A DNA stretch of 62,920 bases, the filler included, from Octopus bimaculoides (lineage: Eukaryota), in assembly GCF_001194135.2 (NCBI RefSeq). It is 7 parts of 7 records of this genome, joined end to end, with 100 filler letters (N's around TTAATTAATTAA, not from the genome) between each part and the next. Parts side by side here need not be neighbours in the genome. Positions count along the whole stretch, not along the records: positions 48,150 to 60,870 come from NC_068983.1; positions 60,971 to 62,920 come from NW_026433883.1; 5 more parts are not named here. The stretch is one strand, 5' to 3'. This document shows positions 51,341 through 62,920 of this stretch, one piece after another. Position numbers and translations under genes: made by a program. A model generated the notes under the pieces. That model had not been told where the DNA came from. It saw only the letters and a program-made list of their open reading frames with translations, and searched no databases. How positions within the stretch are numbered: position 1 is the first letter of the stretch; every line of letters begins with the position of its first letter.

Positions 51341-52091
51341 TACTTCACTTATAGACTATTGTTATGTTTTTTTTTTTTTTGTATAAAATCTAAAAAATGA
51401 TTTTGTTATTTTTATCGAGAAATTCAGTAGAAAGTTACGCAAGAATTATTCAAAATCTGGATCATCTTTTACTAGTATTAGTCACCGTATCGAAGTCATA
51501 TTGTGTCCGTACTAATAAAGTTATATGTAGTCAACCAAGTCCGCCGTATCTTAAAAATACAGTGGAGTTTGTGTCAGAGACCTGGCCACAGAAACGTGAT
51601 GACACATTTTAGCATTTCATTAGAAACTCTACCATTAACTAAGATATGGAAAATGATACTTTTGTGTTCTGAAAAGGCTTATCGTATCTGAATCTACTAT
51701 GTTTATGCAACCGAACTACTTTGATTGTACTTCTAACAATGTTAATTTGGTAAGCCACTAATCAGTCTAATTTCATTTATATTCTTATACTCGGTAGAGC
51801 CCAAAGTGAATCTATTGTTTGCAGTTGTGTTTTACATTTTACAATTCATTCAGCATGTGTTCATTGTTTTTATATTCTTTGGTGCAGTTCATCCAGATGG
51901 AGTTCTTGTGCTTTCATTTTTGACATGGACGATACTGCTTATATTACAGACTTGTAGGCTTCTGGAAATACATCACAAAAATGATATCGTTGTATTTATA
52001 CATAAATAAAACATTTGATCGTGTCAGGTACCGAAATCTCTTGATTAAGCCTCTGAAATATAAGCACCATACATTTTTCTTCCATCTCTCA

Positions 52092-52139
52092 TAACCCTAA
52101 CCCTAACCCTAACCCTAACCCTAACCCTAACCCTAACCC
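52092..52139 (-). repeat. Interstitial telomeric repeat (TTAGGG)8
   Basis: Eight perfect TAACCC units on the plus strand. Confidence 0.95.
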
Positions 52140-52774
52140 ACTCTCAGAATCAAACCATATTTTCATGAGATTCCTCTAAATCATATTCTGTCAACTTTAT
52201 TATATCCCAAGGTTCGAAGTTCGTCCAAAGTTTTTAACTTCATCCAAATTTCTTAGTTATTTCGTACAGGAATCAATGTACACACGTTGAAGTAGAATAT
52301 TAACCATATTTCACCAATCTCTGAGGATATATATGAAACTCATGGCTACATCATCATTCCTCCTGTTTATACCAAGAAAAGTAAAGAATATGGTCGAGAA
52401 GATCCAACATTGATCTGTGAATATTGTTTTCACTTTTAAGAAATTTGTATTCAGGAATTTGTAACAGATTTCTAATTGTAATTCAAATTTTAAGATGGCA
52501 AATTTCACCTGAGCTGAAAGTATTATTTCCTGCAGATTTCTGCACGCGGGGAACAAATCACAACGCGGTTTTTAAATGAGATATTAAGCACATTAATCAT
52601 ACACGTGTACTGAGTACTCTTGTAGATTTGTAATAAAACGGAAAGAAATTATGCTCACAAACCGATGTACGTACATTACGTACATTACGTACATGCATAC
52701 TTACACACACACATCTAAGCGCGCGCACACATTTACATATACATATGCATACATACACATGCATATGCATGTAT

Positions 52775-52848
<74 letters not shown>

Positions 52849-53081
52849 TTCTCGGTGAGTATAATAATTAGACTAAATATAATCGGTAATCTATGTAATT
52901 ATACGTCTTCCTCTTATAGTTTCTCTTCTGGATATATATATANNNNNNNNNNNNNNNNNNNNNNNNNNNNNNNNNNNNNNNNNNNNNNNNNNNNNNNNNN
53001 NNNNNNNNNNNNNNNNNNNNNNNNNNNNNNNNNNNNNNNNNNNNNNNNNNNNNNNNNNNNNNNNNNNNNNNNNNNNNNNNN

Positions 53082-53131
<50 letters not shown>

Positions 53132-54044
53132 CGTACATATGTGCGATATGAAAGTCTGGGCTAATATTTAAACTCTCAATTTCGTTTTTAATTCAATTAC
53201 AGTAGCTTATATTGAAATAACGTATGTTCTCATTTTCTTGCTTGCACTCTTAAGACATTTTCAGTTGTGACTCACTGCCACTGACGTGTAAATCACAAGT
53301 GGGCTGTTTTGAATTATAACGGTTTTTTTATGGACCAGCAGGGTTCTTGTAACAGGATCGTGCATTCTTGAAATCTAAGGTAGCATCAGAAGTCATCTGC
53401 CGAATAATCTTCTGGTATTGACTACGTTTCCTCCTGCTTCATGTAAATAATGTAAATAATATATATAAGTGTATGTATAAAATTAAATGTATATATATAT
53501 ATATATATATATNNNNNNNNNNNNNNNNNNNNNNNNNNNNNNNNNNNNNNNNNNNNNNNNNNNNNNNNNNNNNNNNNNNNNNNNNNNNNNNNNNNNNNNN
53601 NNNNNNNNNNNNNNNNNNNNNNNNNNNNNNNNNNNNNNNNNNNNNNNNNNNNNNNNNNNNNNNNNNNNNNNNNNNNNNNNNNNNNNNNNNNNNNNNNNNN
53701 NNNNNNNNNNNNNNNNNNNNNNNNNNNNNNNNNNNNNNNNNNNNNNNNNNNNNNNNNNNNNNNNNNNNNNNNNNNNNNNNNNNNNNNNNNNNNNNNNNNN
53801 NNNNNNNNNNNNNNNNNNNNNNNNNNNNNNNNNNNNNNNNNNNNNNNNNNNNNNNNNNNNNNNNNNNNNNNNNNNNNNNNNNNNNNNNNNNNNNNNNNNN
53901 NNNNNNNNNNNNNNNNNNNNNNNNNNNNNNNNNNNNNNNNNNNNNNNNNNNNNNNNNNNNNNNNNNNNNNNNNNNNNNNNNNNNNNNNNNNNNNNNNNNN
54001 NNNNNNNTATACACGCGATGGGCTTCTTTCAGTTTCGTTTATCA

Positions 54045-54720
54045 AGATCGACCCGGAAAGTAGCGGACGGGTTCTTCACTATGTCCCTTGGAAAATCTTC
54101 GAACAATTCTTCTGATCATGACCCCCAGATCAGCCTTGGTGCAGCAGGCAAGGCGTTTAGTGTCTTTCTCAATCGCGCCCCACACATAGTATCGGGAAAA
54201 TTAGGAGGCCAGAAATTGGATCTGGTAAAGTCATAGAAATTCTACAAGAACCACTTTTGACTTTTTCCTCATTTATGGCAAGGAACAGAATCCTGTTGCC
54301 ACACATATGAACTTTCAGCAGCAATTTTGCCCAGCCAGGTACTGATTACAGTCTCCAATAGCTCCAAGTGCCCTTCTCAATTGAGTCGAAGGGCTCGTTG
54401 AAAGATGCGAAGCTGAATCTGGATGTGCGAACGCAGTCAGAGCGCCTACCGTGTTCCTTCCTATGACCACGGCTTCGCAGTCTCTGTTGCAGCTCACCGT
54501 GTTATGTCTTACAGCATTTACAACGTTAACAGTGTATTGGGCTGCAGTCAAGATGTCGGCATCTCGATTCCCGGCGCCAGTTCTCATGATACAGGTAAAT
54601 AACTTCCAATATTTCGATAGCATTTAGTCACCAAGGTTTGCTAACTTTTTCTCTAGTACAACTTCATGTTTATTCTCAGCAAGGCTGTTGACCGTTCACC
54701 AATACATTAAGTTGTTCCCC
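54045..54720 (-). mobile_element. Tc1/mariner (maT-like) remnant with internal deletion
   Basis: Across frames: LETVISTWLGKIAAESSYVWQQDSVPCH, NFYDFTRSNFWPPNFPD and YYVWGAIEKDTKRLACCTKADL, which are mariner-type catalytic motifs. Confidence 0.85.
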
Positions 54721-55994
54721 ATCCCTGCAAAAAATACACCCGAACATTATGCACATAGAAACATATAAATCTAACACCAGATTATTCTCAAAGCCTTCCT
54801 AATCCTGCGCTTCATTCTTCAGGCACATATATCATAGAAAGAATTACAGTGCATTCCATTTATATCCAACAAATGACACCCTCAGTATCACCCATTTACT
54901 GTCTTTAGCTTTGATTCCATATACCTCTCTGTCTTCGGATTTCAAGCATACTGAAATTGTCCCATTGTCTATAACATCTTAAAAGATTTATCTTTTAGGT
55001 TTGCTTAATTTTGGTGGTATGTTATAATAAGTATATAACATGTGTAAACTAATCATGCGTATTGTTAAACGAGTATCCTTTGAAGTGTGTGCAAATGAAA
55101 GGATTCTGCTAATTCCCAACGTAGAAAGAATTAAATTAATTAGCTATAAATTTTAACATACAAAGCCTTATGCGTTGTGTTTCAATATAAACAAAACAAA
55201 AATGAAGAAAACATTAGCGAACACACATTAAATATACTCAAAGAACACACAGTAATACCATAGTACAGCAACACAAGCATAATACATAGCAACACATGCG
55301 CCACACATAATACACATCACATGAACTAAATACCTCTTTCATACACACACACCCACACACACACACACACACACACACAAACACTCACACGCGAAAAATA
55401 CACAGGTCTCAGTCGCTTCACCGAAAAAATACGCCAGAGAAGGCAGAAAATAGTACAAAAATAAAGTATGATGTAGAGATGTACACAGGATCAAAACCGT
55501 GAAACGCATGCCAGAATTCCAAAGACCATGTGATACCAAATAATAAAATAAATAGTTGCAAGGCATAGTTTCCAAATTCTCGTAAATCCGTATGATAGTC
55601 TCGTTAACCTGTCCTTTCGAGAAACGATATCAGAGACTGTCATCAAAGAAATTGAGCATTTGAACACATCTTTCAATAGAACTACACACTTTCAATTCAT
55701 ATTTCTAAGATTATTCAGACAGTGGATACTGAAAAGGAATACAGCACCAGATTACCAGCTGATGGTAGGAATTGAGCCTCTTAGTACAGGAAATCAGAGC
55801 CTTGCAGGTATAAGGTATTAAAGAATGCTCTACAGTCGTACAATTTATTGCTTCTGGTGAATCAACGCACACACACTCATGCACACACACACTCAGACAT
55901 ACACATACACACACACACACTCAGACATACACACACACACACTCAGACATACACATACACACACACAACCTAGATGTGAGTGTTTCTGTTAGAA

Positions 55995-56229
55995 GCTCTT
56001 TTACTCTCTTTACTCTCTTTTGCTTGTTTCAGTCATTTGACTGCGGCTATGCTGGAGCACCGCCTTTAGTCAAGCAAATCCACCCCAGGACTTATTCTTT
56101 GGAAGCCTAGTACTTATTCTATCGGTCTCTTTTGCCGAACCGTTAAGTTACGGGGACGTAAACACACGAGCATCGGTTGTATCAAACGATGCTGCGGATA
56201 CAAACACAGACACACAAACATATACACAC

Positions 56230-56274
<45 letters not shown>

Positions 56275-56425
56275 TACGACAGGCTTCTTTCAGTTTCCGT
56301 CTACCAAATCCACTCACAAGGCTTTGGTCGGCCCGAGGCTATAGTAGAAGACACTTGCTCAAGGTGCCACGAAGTGAAAATGAACCCAGAACCATGTGGT
56401 TGGTAAGCGAGCTACTTACCACACT
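55995..56425 (-). mobile_element. SINE family A, full length
   Basis: Family A consensus. Confidence 0.85.
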
Positions 56426-57298
56426 ACAGACATAATACTGACTATTTATATATTCTCATTATCAGTTTGCCTGAGTTTTCATATGGATGTATCAGATTTA
56501 AATCTACTTGTTCGGAAATCCACATGCAAATATAATAATTGTGTATACAGCAAGCGATGCATTATAAAATGAAAAGTCGGTTCTCTCTACCATGGTCAAC
56601 TAAGAGGACTGTATCCTCTTTCTGCTTGCTAATGTACTTTTGTATGTAGATTTAAGTCCTTTTAATATGGAAAAACTTTATTGAAGGAAAAAAAGAGAAG
56701 TTCTACGTAGTTGTTCGGGATATGGGTATCCATCGATATACTACGTGTACAAATAGTTGCACTTTGATCTCAACGAATAATAAGCTAAGATTTGTTTGTC
56801 CGCATTTAAAGTAAGCCAATATTTAATTCCCTCTCCATGTTTTGTGATTATGCTAGTGAGATAAGGTCACGAATGAAGGGAGAAATAAATATCTTCATAC
56901 GATGTAGTCCTACAAAATATAAAAGTAAAAAGTAATTCTCTACTGTTGCATTTTGTCAGCAACTACGATTGAAAAGAAAATTAGTAAATAACCAAAGAAA
57001 ATTGATAATAATAATTCATGAAAGCAGCTTGTATCAACTCCCGAAAACAGGAATGGAAAGTTGGATATAGAACAAAAAATATGTATATATGCTTTGTTCG
57101 ATTCTATATAACAGGATATATAGTGTTGAAAATTCTATTACCATGAGGTGCAGGAGCATCGCATTTATAACCATAGACACATATATATATATAAATATAA
57201 ACAAAAACGTTGGATGAACGGATTATATATATATATCCACACACACATACATATACATACACACACACACACACATACACACACACACACACACACAT

Positions 57299-57343
<45 letters not shown>

Positions 57344-57688
57344 CATATACGAATGTGTTATATTTGTGCGTGTATGTTAGTATATATGCATATAGGTACA
57401 TATAAACATACTTATATATAAACATATGTTTATTTCTTTCTCTATATATATGTATATACACCCACATGTGTATGTGCACACACTACATACATACACATGC
57501 ACCCCCACATGCACGCACACAGACATACACACAGACACACACACATATATGTACATATATATATATAAATATAATATATATATTTATATATATATATTAT
57601 ACATATACATATTTATATATTTACATATATATGTATACATATATATATAATGTATATATATATGTATGGAAATATATATATTCATATA

Positions 57689-57736
<48 letters not shown>

Positions 57737-59084
57737 NNNNNNNNNNNNNNNNNNNNNNNNNNNNNNNNNNNNNNNNNNNNNNNNNNNNNNNNNNNNNNNN
57801 NNNNNNNNNNNNNNNNNNNNNNNNNNNNNNNNNNNNNNNNNNNNNNNNNNNNNNNNNNNNNNNNNNNNNNNNNNNNNNNNNNNNNNNNNNNNNNNNNNNN
57901 NNNNNNNNNNNNNNNNNNNNNNNNNNNNNNNNNNNNNNNNNNNNNNNNNNNNNNNNNNNNNNNNNNNNNNNNNNNNNNNNNNNNNNNNNNNNNNNNNNNN
58001 NNNNNNNNNNNNNNNNNNNNNNNNNNNNNNNNNNNNNNNNNNNNNNNNNNNNNNNNNNNNNNNNNNNNNNNNNNNNNNNNNNNNNNNNNNNNNNNNNNNN
58101 NNNNNNNNNNNNNNNNNNNNNNNNNNNNNTATATATATATATATATATATATATTCGTGCATATACATATAAAACCCTGACACGAAACGTCAGGTTCACA
58201 CAAACTTGTAATTACATACTAACCGCCATACTTGTTTTCACAAACGTACATACACAAACTCATGTACAGACACATTAATACGCAGTTGAAACATAATATG
58301 GTAAATAGATTGATTTGCACGAGTTGGTACATGTGATAAAGACAGTCGAAATAGTGAATCGATTCTGAAACAAATTATGCGACCGAGTCGGCAAAGGTAA
58401 TCTGCTTTATCGATTTTCCTTCTCTTAAGCATTACACAGCATACACGGTCATGCGGCGTGATAAACAGAACATCGAGTATACGACAGTGCGTGTGCTGTC
58501 GATTGTTGGGATTAAGCCTGCTGTTCTGTTATTTAAGTTCTCACAGAATCCTTTAAACGCCACCTCGATCATTGTACACACTCCCGTAGCTTATTTAATT
58601 AATTTGCATTCTTCATATCAAAGATCTCTCTCTCTCTCTCTTTCTCTCTCTTTATCTTTCTCACTCCTTTTTGTCCCCCTGTTTTTCCTGGTGAAGATAT
58701 CAATCTCTTTTATAAAATGGAAGTTTACACTACCACCAGCTCACATTGAGAGGTATATGTGCACACAACATGCAGACAATGGAACACATCCAAATATAAA
58801 TATATCCATATATAAAACAGACCTGTGTGTGTGAGAGTGTGCGTGTGTGTATGCGCGTGTGTGTGTGTGTATTCGCTTTTCACGCGAAGACGGTTGCACG
58901 AATGGCTTCCATATTTGGGATGCATGAATAATTTGACCTTGAATACATGATAGGGTCTTCAGTTTATTTGCTTATTAAAAATAAATAATGTTCTAGTTCT
59001 ATATTTAAGAGATGAGGAATTATGTACATTATTTACATTATTTACATTATCTACATTATTTACATTTGACCGACATTTACATTT

Positions 59085-59600
59085 GAGAATTTCGCTTTAG
59101 GATCAACACCACTAAAACCAACACTATGGCTACGATATGTTGATGACACCTTTATACTCTGACCCCACCAGGAAGATGCCCAAATGCTGTTAGATCATGT
59201 GACCTCAATAAAGCCATCCATACAGTTCACAATGGAAATGAAAAAAGACAATCAGCTAGCATTCCCGGACGTATTAATAACACACACCAAGTATGGATTC
59301 AGGACATCCGTATACCGCAAGGCGACCTTTACTGGACGATACATCAACTGCAATTCCCACCATCCATACAGAGGGATTGCTCAGTGCCTAAAACATCGAG
59401 CAAAGAATATAAGTAGCGTTCGTGATACACACCACGAAGAAATAACCAAGCTCAATAACAATCTGTTAAGCAACAACTAACCCAAAAGTATACTAACCAC
59501 TCCAATTATAAAGTAGAGAGAGGATGAAGCCAATAAACTGTCCACTGTCTGTCTACCCTATGTGAAAGGCTACAAAAGATACAATAACCCACAACTACCC
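59085..59600 (+). mobile_element. Penelope-like element RT fragment
   Basis: ENFALGSTPLKPTLWLRYVDDT (active site), then LDHVTSIKPSIQFTME..LAFPDVLI..FRTSVYRKATFTGRYINCNSHHP. Confidence 0.88.
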
Positions 59601-59639
59601 AAGTATTACATCTGGAGAAACAATAAATGGCACAAGAGG

Positions 59640-60250
59640 AAACGTGGGGCTGACGATCTTGAAAGAGTTTACTGTGTCCCTTCCCCCAAGCCAAGCAGAA
59701 TGCTACGACTTACGGCTCCTTCTGTATGAAATACGTGGCCCTAAATCATTCCAAAATTCGAGAAGGGTAAATGATCATGTGTGTGAAACTTATTGGGAAG
59801 TACGTTATCATAAAGTTTTTCTTTTTTAGAAAATCATGGGCATTGGAACGTTGCATTGACTGAAGAATCAGTATCAGATTCTCCAAGGAAACCTCGTAAA
59901 CTTCTGGTAGTTATACTGAACATGTGCCTACTTGGCAGTTCCCTACAGCTTTCGAGGAAAAGTTCAGAGGACATGGCCGTAAAATTTAAAGTATGCAGTT
60001 AAACAGGTAACCCACATATCAATATTCAGTTCTCTGAAACAATTTTCAACCGAGCACTGATGGAAATTGAGGATCAAGTTTTGGCCATGGGAGGCAAACT
60101 TTTATATCAGTTTGGCTCTGGACATCCAAACCCAAACCGCCAAAGTATTGATTTAACTTGAAGAAACATAGCAAGAGGGACAAATTATGACATCACAGAC
60201 TTGCCTGCATTTGTGAATGAACATGAACCTAAACTTGTTACAGAACTACG
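59640..60250 (+). mobile_element. Helitron Rep/helicase fragment
   Basis: VSLPPSQAECYDLRLLLYEIRGPKSFQNSRRVNDHVCETYWE, then HWNVALTE.SVSDSPRK.RKLL.VIL and IFNRALMEIEDQV, typical of the Helitron region between Rep and helicase. Confidence 0.8.
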
Positions 60251-60276
60251 AGGTGCATACGATAAATTTTTTTCGC

Positions 60277-60312
<36 letters not shown>

Positions 60313-60419
60313 TTGTATTATGAATTCAGAATTGATTTCTCAATTGAAGAATAAATTGTATCCCAGTTGAAGAATAAATTGAGTTCAGAACGATACATTT
60401 CTATACAATATATTTTGCT

Positions 60420-60711
60420 TTAATATTTATCGCCAAGCTAACGTGACAGTTCAAAGAAATAGGACAAATACTGCGGTTGATTAGCTCCGAGAGGCCATCG
60501 CCTCAAGCTAGCTATGTGACATACAAATCTATGTACATTAAAGCCTTCGAACAGACCGGTTTCGAGGTATCTGCCCCTTATCAAAGGTAGTAATGGATAC
60601 AAATTGATGTGTCACATAGCTAGCTAGAGGCGATGACCTCACGGAGCTAATCGACGGCAGCATTCGTCTTATTTCTCTGGAATGCCATGTTACCTTGGCG
60701 ATAAATATTAA
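60420..60711. mobile_element. Foldback element (121-bp inverted arms) with hammerhead-like motif in the loop
   Basis: 60420-60540 pairs with 60591-60711; terminus related to 25948-26294. Confidence 0.85.
60543..60588 (-). ncRNA. Hammerhead ribozyme-like motif with U3-A8 core variant
   Basis: TTGATAA-GGGG(CAGATA)CCTC-GAAA-CCGGT-C: 4-bp stem II, palindromic ACCGGT stem III, GUC site; stem I poorly paired. Confidence 0.5.
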
Positions 60712-60825
60712 TATCCAGTACTACTGCTGTAGTCTCCTTTAGAGAGACTGAGAAATAAAATTTCTATATTTAGGTTTTTTCTTCCAATATATAAGGAACA
60801 AATTTCATTGCCGGGCAACGCCGTG

Positions 60826-60870
<45 letters not shown>

Positions 60871-62084
60871 NNNNNNNNNNNNNNNNNNNNNNNNNNNNNN
60901 NNNNNNNNNNNNNNTTAATTAATTAANNNNNNNNNNNNNNNNNNNNNNNNNNNNNNNNNNNNNNNNNNNNCACACACACACACACACACACACATACATA
61001 TTTACATATTCATTTTATCTCCATGGAGAGGAAGTTATTTTATTTTACTCTTTCACTAGGTGGTCAAGTTAAATGGCATTTGACTGCTATTTTTAGCAAC
61101 TTCATTTGTTCCCCACGACAACACAGAAGTTTTTTTTGTGGCTTAAGTACCACCTCTTCTTTCTTCTTCTCACACATCCACACAACACACACACAAAAAG
61201 TTGTCAAGTGTTGTATTGGCTGGTATCAGAATTGTTCGGGGAGAAGATAATCAAGTGTTGGTAATAACAACATTGTTATTCCATTCTGCAGCACTCCAAC
61301 CAGTACACGCCTTCTATCAGTCATTCAATTTAGCTTTCTTCTTTTCTTTCTTTCTCTTCCTTCTTTCTTCACTTGTTTTCTTCATTAAGTTAACTTTCTC
61401 TGTTATTTTCTTTAACCTGTTCCCTCCACCGCACCTCTCCTCAAGAGATAATACCATGTCTGTCAGTCTTCGAACTAAGCTTTATTTCCTATATATAGCA
61501 TTTTTCCCCCNNNNNNNNNNNNNNNNNNNNNNNNNNNNNNNNNNNNNNNNNNNNNNNNNNNNNNNNNNNNNNNNNNNNNNNNNNNNNNNNNNNNNNNNNN
61601 NNNNNNNNNNNNNNNNNNNNNNNNNNNNNNNNNNNNNNNNNNNNNNNNNNNNNNNNNNNNNNNNNNNNNNNNNNNNNNNNNNNNNNNNNNNNNNNNNNNN
61701 NNNNNNNNNNNNNNNNNNNNNNNNNNNNNNNNNNNNNNNNNNNNNNNNNNNNNNNNNNNNNNNNNNNNNNNNNNNNNNNNNNNNNNNNNNNNNNNNNNNN
61801 NNNNNNNNNNNNNNNNNNNNNNNNNNNNNNNNNNNNNNNNNNNNNNNNNNNNNNNNGTGTTTCTTTCAATTACTTTAAATATAACAAAGGATTTAGTAAA
61901 ATAACTTAGCTATCATTCAGCTAGTGTTAGGAACATAAATTGTGGCTAAGGTTTGGTGGAAGATTTTAATTCAAAACTTATGAAAACAAGACATTTGTAC
62001 TCAGAGCCAGAGCCGGTTTCAGCCGGGTTGGTAACGAAAGGCTTAAAGAGCTTAGAAAGACTGAAGGACTGCTGTAATAAGTGT

Positions 62085-62455
62085 GTTTCAGTGATTTGAC
62101 TGTGGCCATGCTGGAGCACTGCCTTTAGTCGAGCAAATCGACCCCAGGACTTATTCTTTGTAAGCCTAGTACTTATTCTATCGGTCTCTTTTGCCGAACC
62201 GCTAAGTTACGGAGACCTAAACACACCAGCATCAGTTGTCAAGCGATGTTGGGGGAATAAACACAGACACACAAACACATAAATATACGACGAGCTTCTT
62301 TCAGTTTCCGTCTACCAAATCCACTCACAAGGCTTTGGTCGGCCCGAGGCTATAGTAGAAGACACTTGCCCAAGGTGCCACGCAGTGGGAGATGAACCCG
62401 GAACCATGTGGTTGGTAAGCAAGCTACTTACCACACAGCCATTCCTGTGCCTACA
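62085..62455 (-). mobile_element. SINE family A, young-looking copy
   Basis: Close to the family A consensus. Confidence 0.88.
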
Positions 62456-62646
62456 TATATACATGTACATGTGCATATATACTTACATACACACACATGC
62501 ATGTGTGTATTCATGTATGTCTGTATCATGTAGTTCTACATACACTGTTGGGAAAGGATGTGGTGGTCATGGCTGGCATATCTTTGACAACAGGTCTGTA
62601 CATTCACCCTGTTAAAACTAATTACCGTTCCTTATGTTATTCACAG

Positions 62647-62824
62647 AATGTTCCGAATCATTGATGACGATGCAAATCATAAGATAGACTTCAGCGAGTT
62701 CAAGAAAGGCATTCACGACTACGGCATTATCATGGAAATCAACGAAGTGAAGTCACTGTTTCAAAGTTTTGATCGGGATGGGAATCAAATAATCGACTTT
62801 GATGAGTTTTTAAGATGTTTACGA
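62647..62824 (+). CDS. CAPSL: Calcyphosin-like EF-hand Ca2+-binding protein, internal exon
   Basis: tcacag acceptor and gtaagt donor, 178 nt, phase 2-0. MFRIIDDDANHKIDFSEFKKGIHDYGIIMEINEVKSLFQSFDRDGNQIIDFDEFLRCLR has two EF-hand loops and closely resembles the calcyphosin-family segment FRxMDDD..LDFxEFxKGLxDY..FDKDGxGxIDFxEFLxxLR. Family call only; orthology not shown. Confidence 0.9.
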
Positions 62825-62862
62825 GTAAGTATGTTATTAATAAGCTACTTTACATTTTTTCA

Positions 62863-62920
62863 CCCATACCAGTATGGACTGCGGACATTAAACGATGATG
62901 ATGATGATGATGATGATGAT
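62863..62920 (+). mobile_element. SINE 3' tail, (GAT)n-tailed family
   Basis: cccataccagtatggactgcggacattaaacgatgatgat matches the tail of 7398-7560. Confidence 0.65.

Noticed and set aside
51806-52556. Hydrophobic ORFs 51806..52009 and 52311..52556 as membrane-protein exons
   Set aside because: Composition is explained by T-rich sequence, and there is no consistent splice phase or recognisable motif.
54315-54623. 102-aa ORF as a novel protein exon
   Set aside because: It runs by frameshift into clear mariner catalytic motifs, so it is decayed transposon sequence.

Overview
AT-rich, microsatellite-dense, gapped eukaryotic DNA, most likely an octopus (coleoid cephalopod) draft assembly. This is an inference from the SINE families and the gap style. 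Almost all of the window is intronic or intergenic repeat sequence. The only well-supported host exon is a 178-nt calcyphosin-like two-EF-hand exon at 62647-62824 (+). A cysteine-rich candidate exon lies on the minus strand at 39815-39923, and a possible promoter with small exons lies near 31.3-37 kb. Recognisable elements include several tRNA-derived SINE families, four Tc1/mariner remnants (one full-length with TIRs), five R4/Dong-type LINE fragments, RTE and CR1/L2-type LINE fragments, two Penelope-like RT fragments, a Helitron fragment, a piggyBac-type MITE and a short interstitial (TTAGGG)n tract. The most interesting signal is two related ~290-350 bp inverted-repeat elements that each hold a minimal hammerhead-ribozyme-like motif with a palindromic stem III in the loop. 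A third hammerhead motif lies at ~5 kb. All protein-family calls are by-eye motif recognition, not database searches. Most ORFs in the supplied track are artefacts of microsatellites and N runs.
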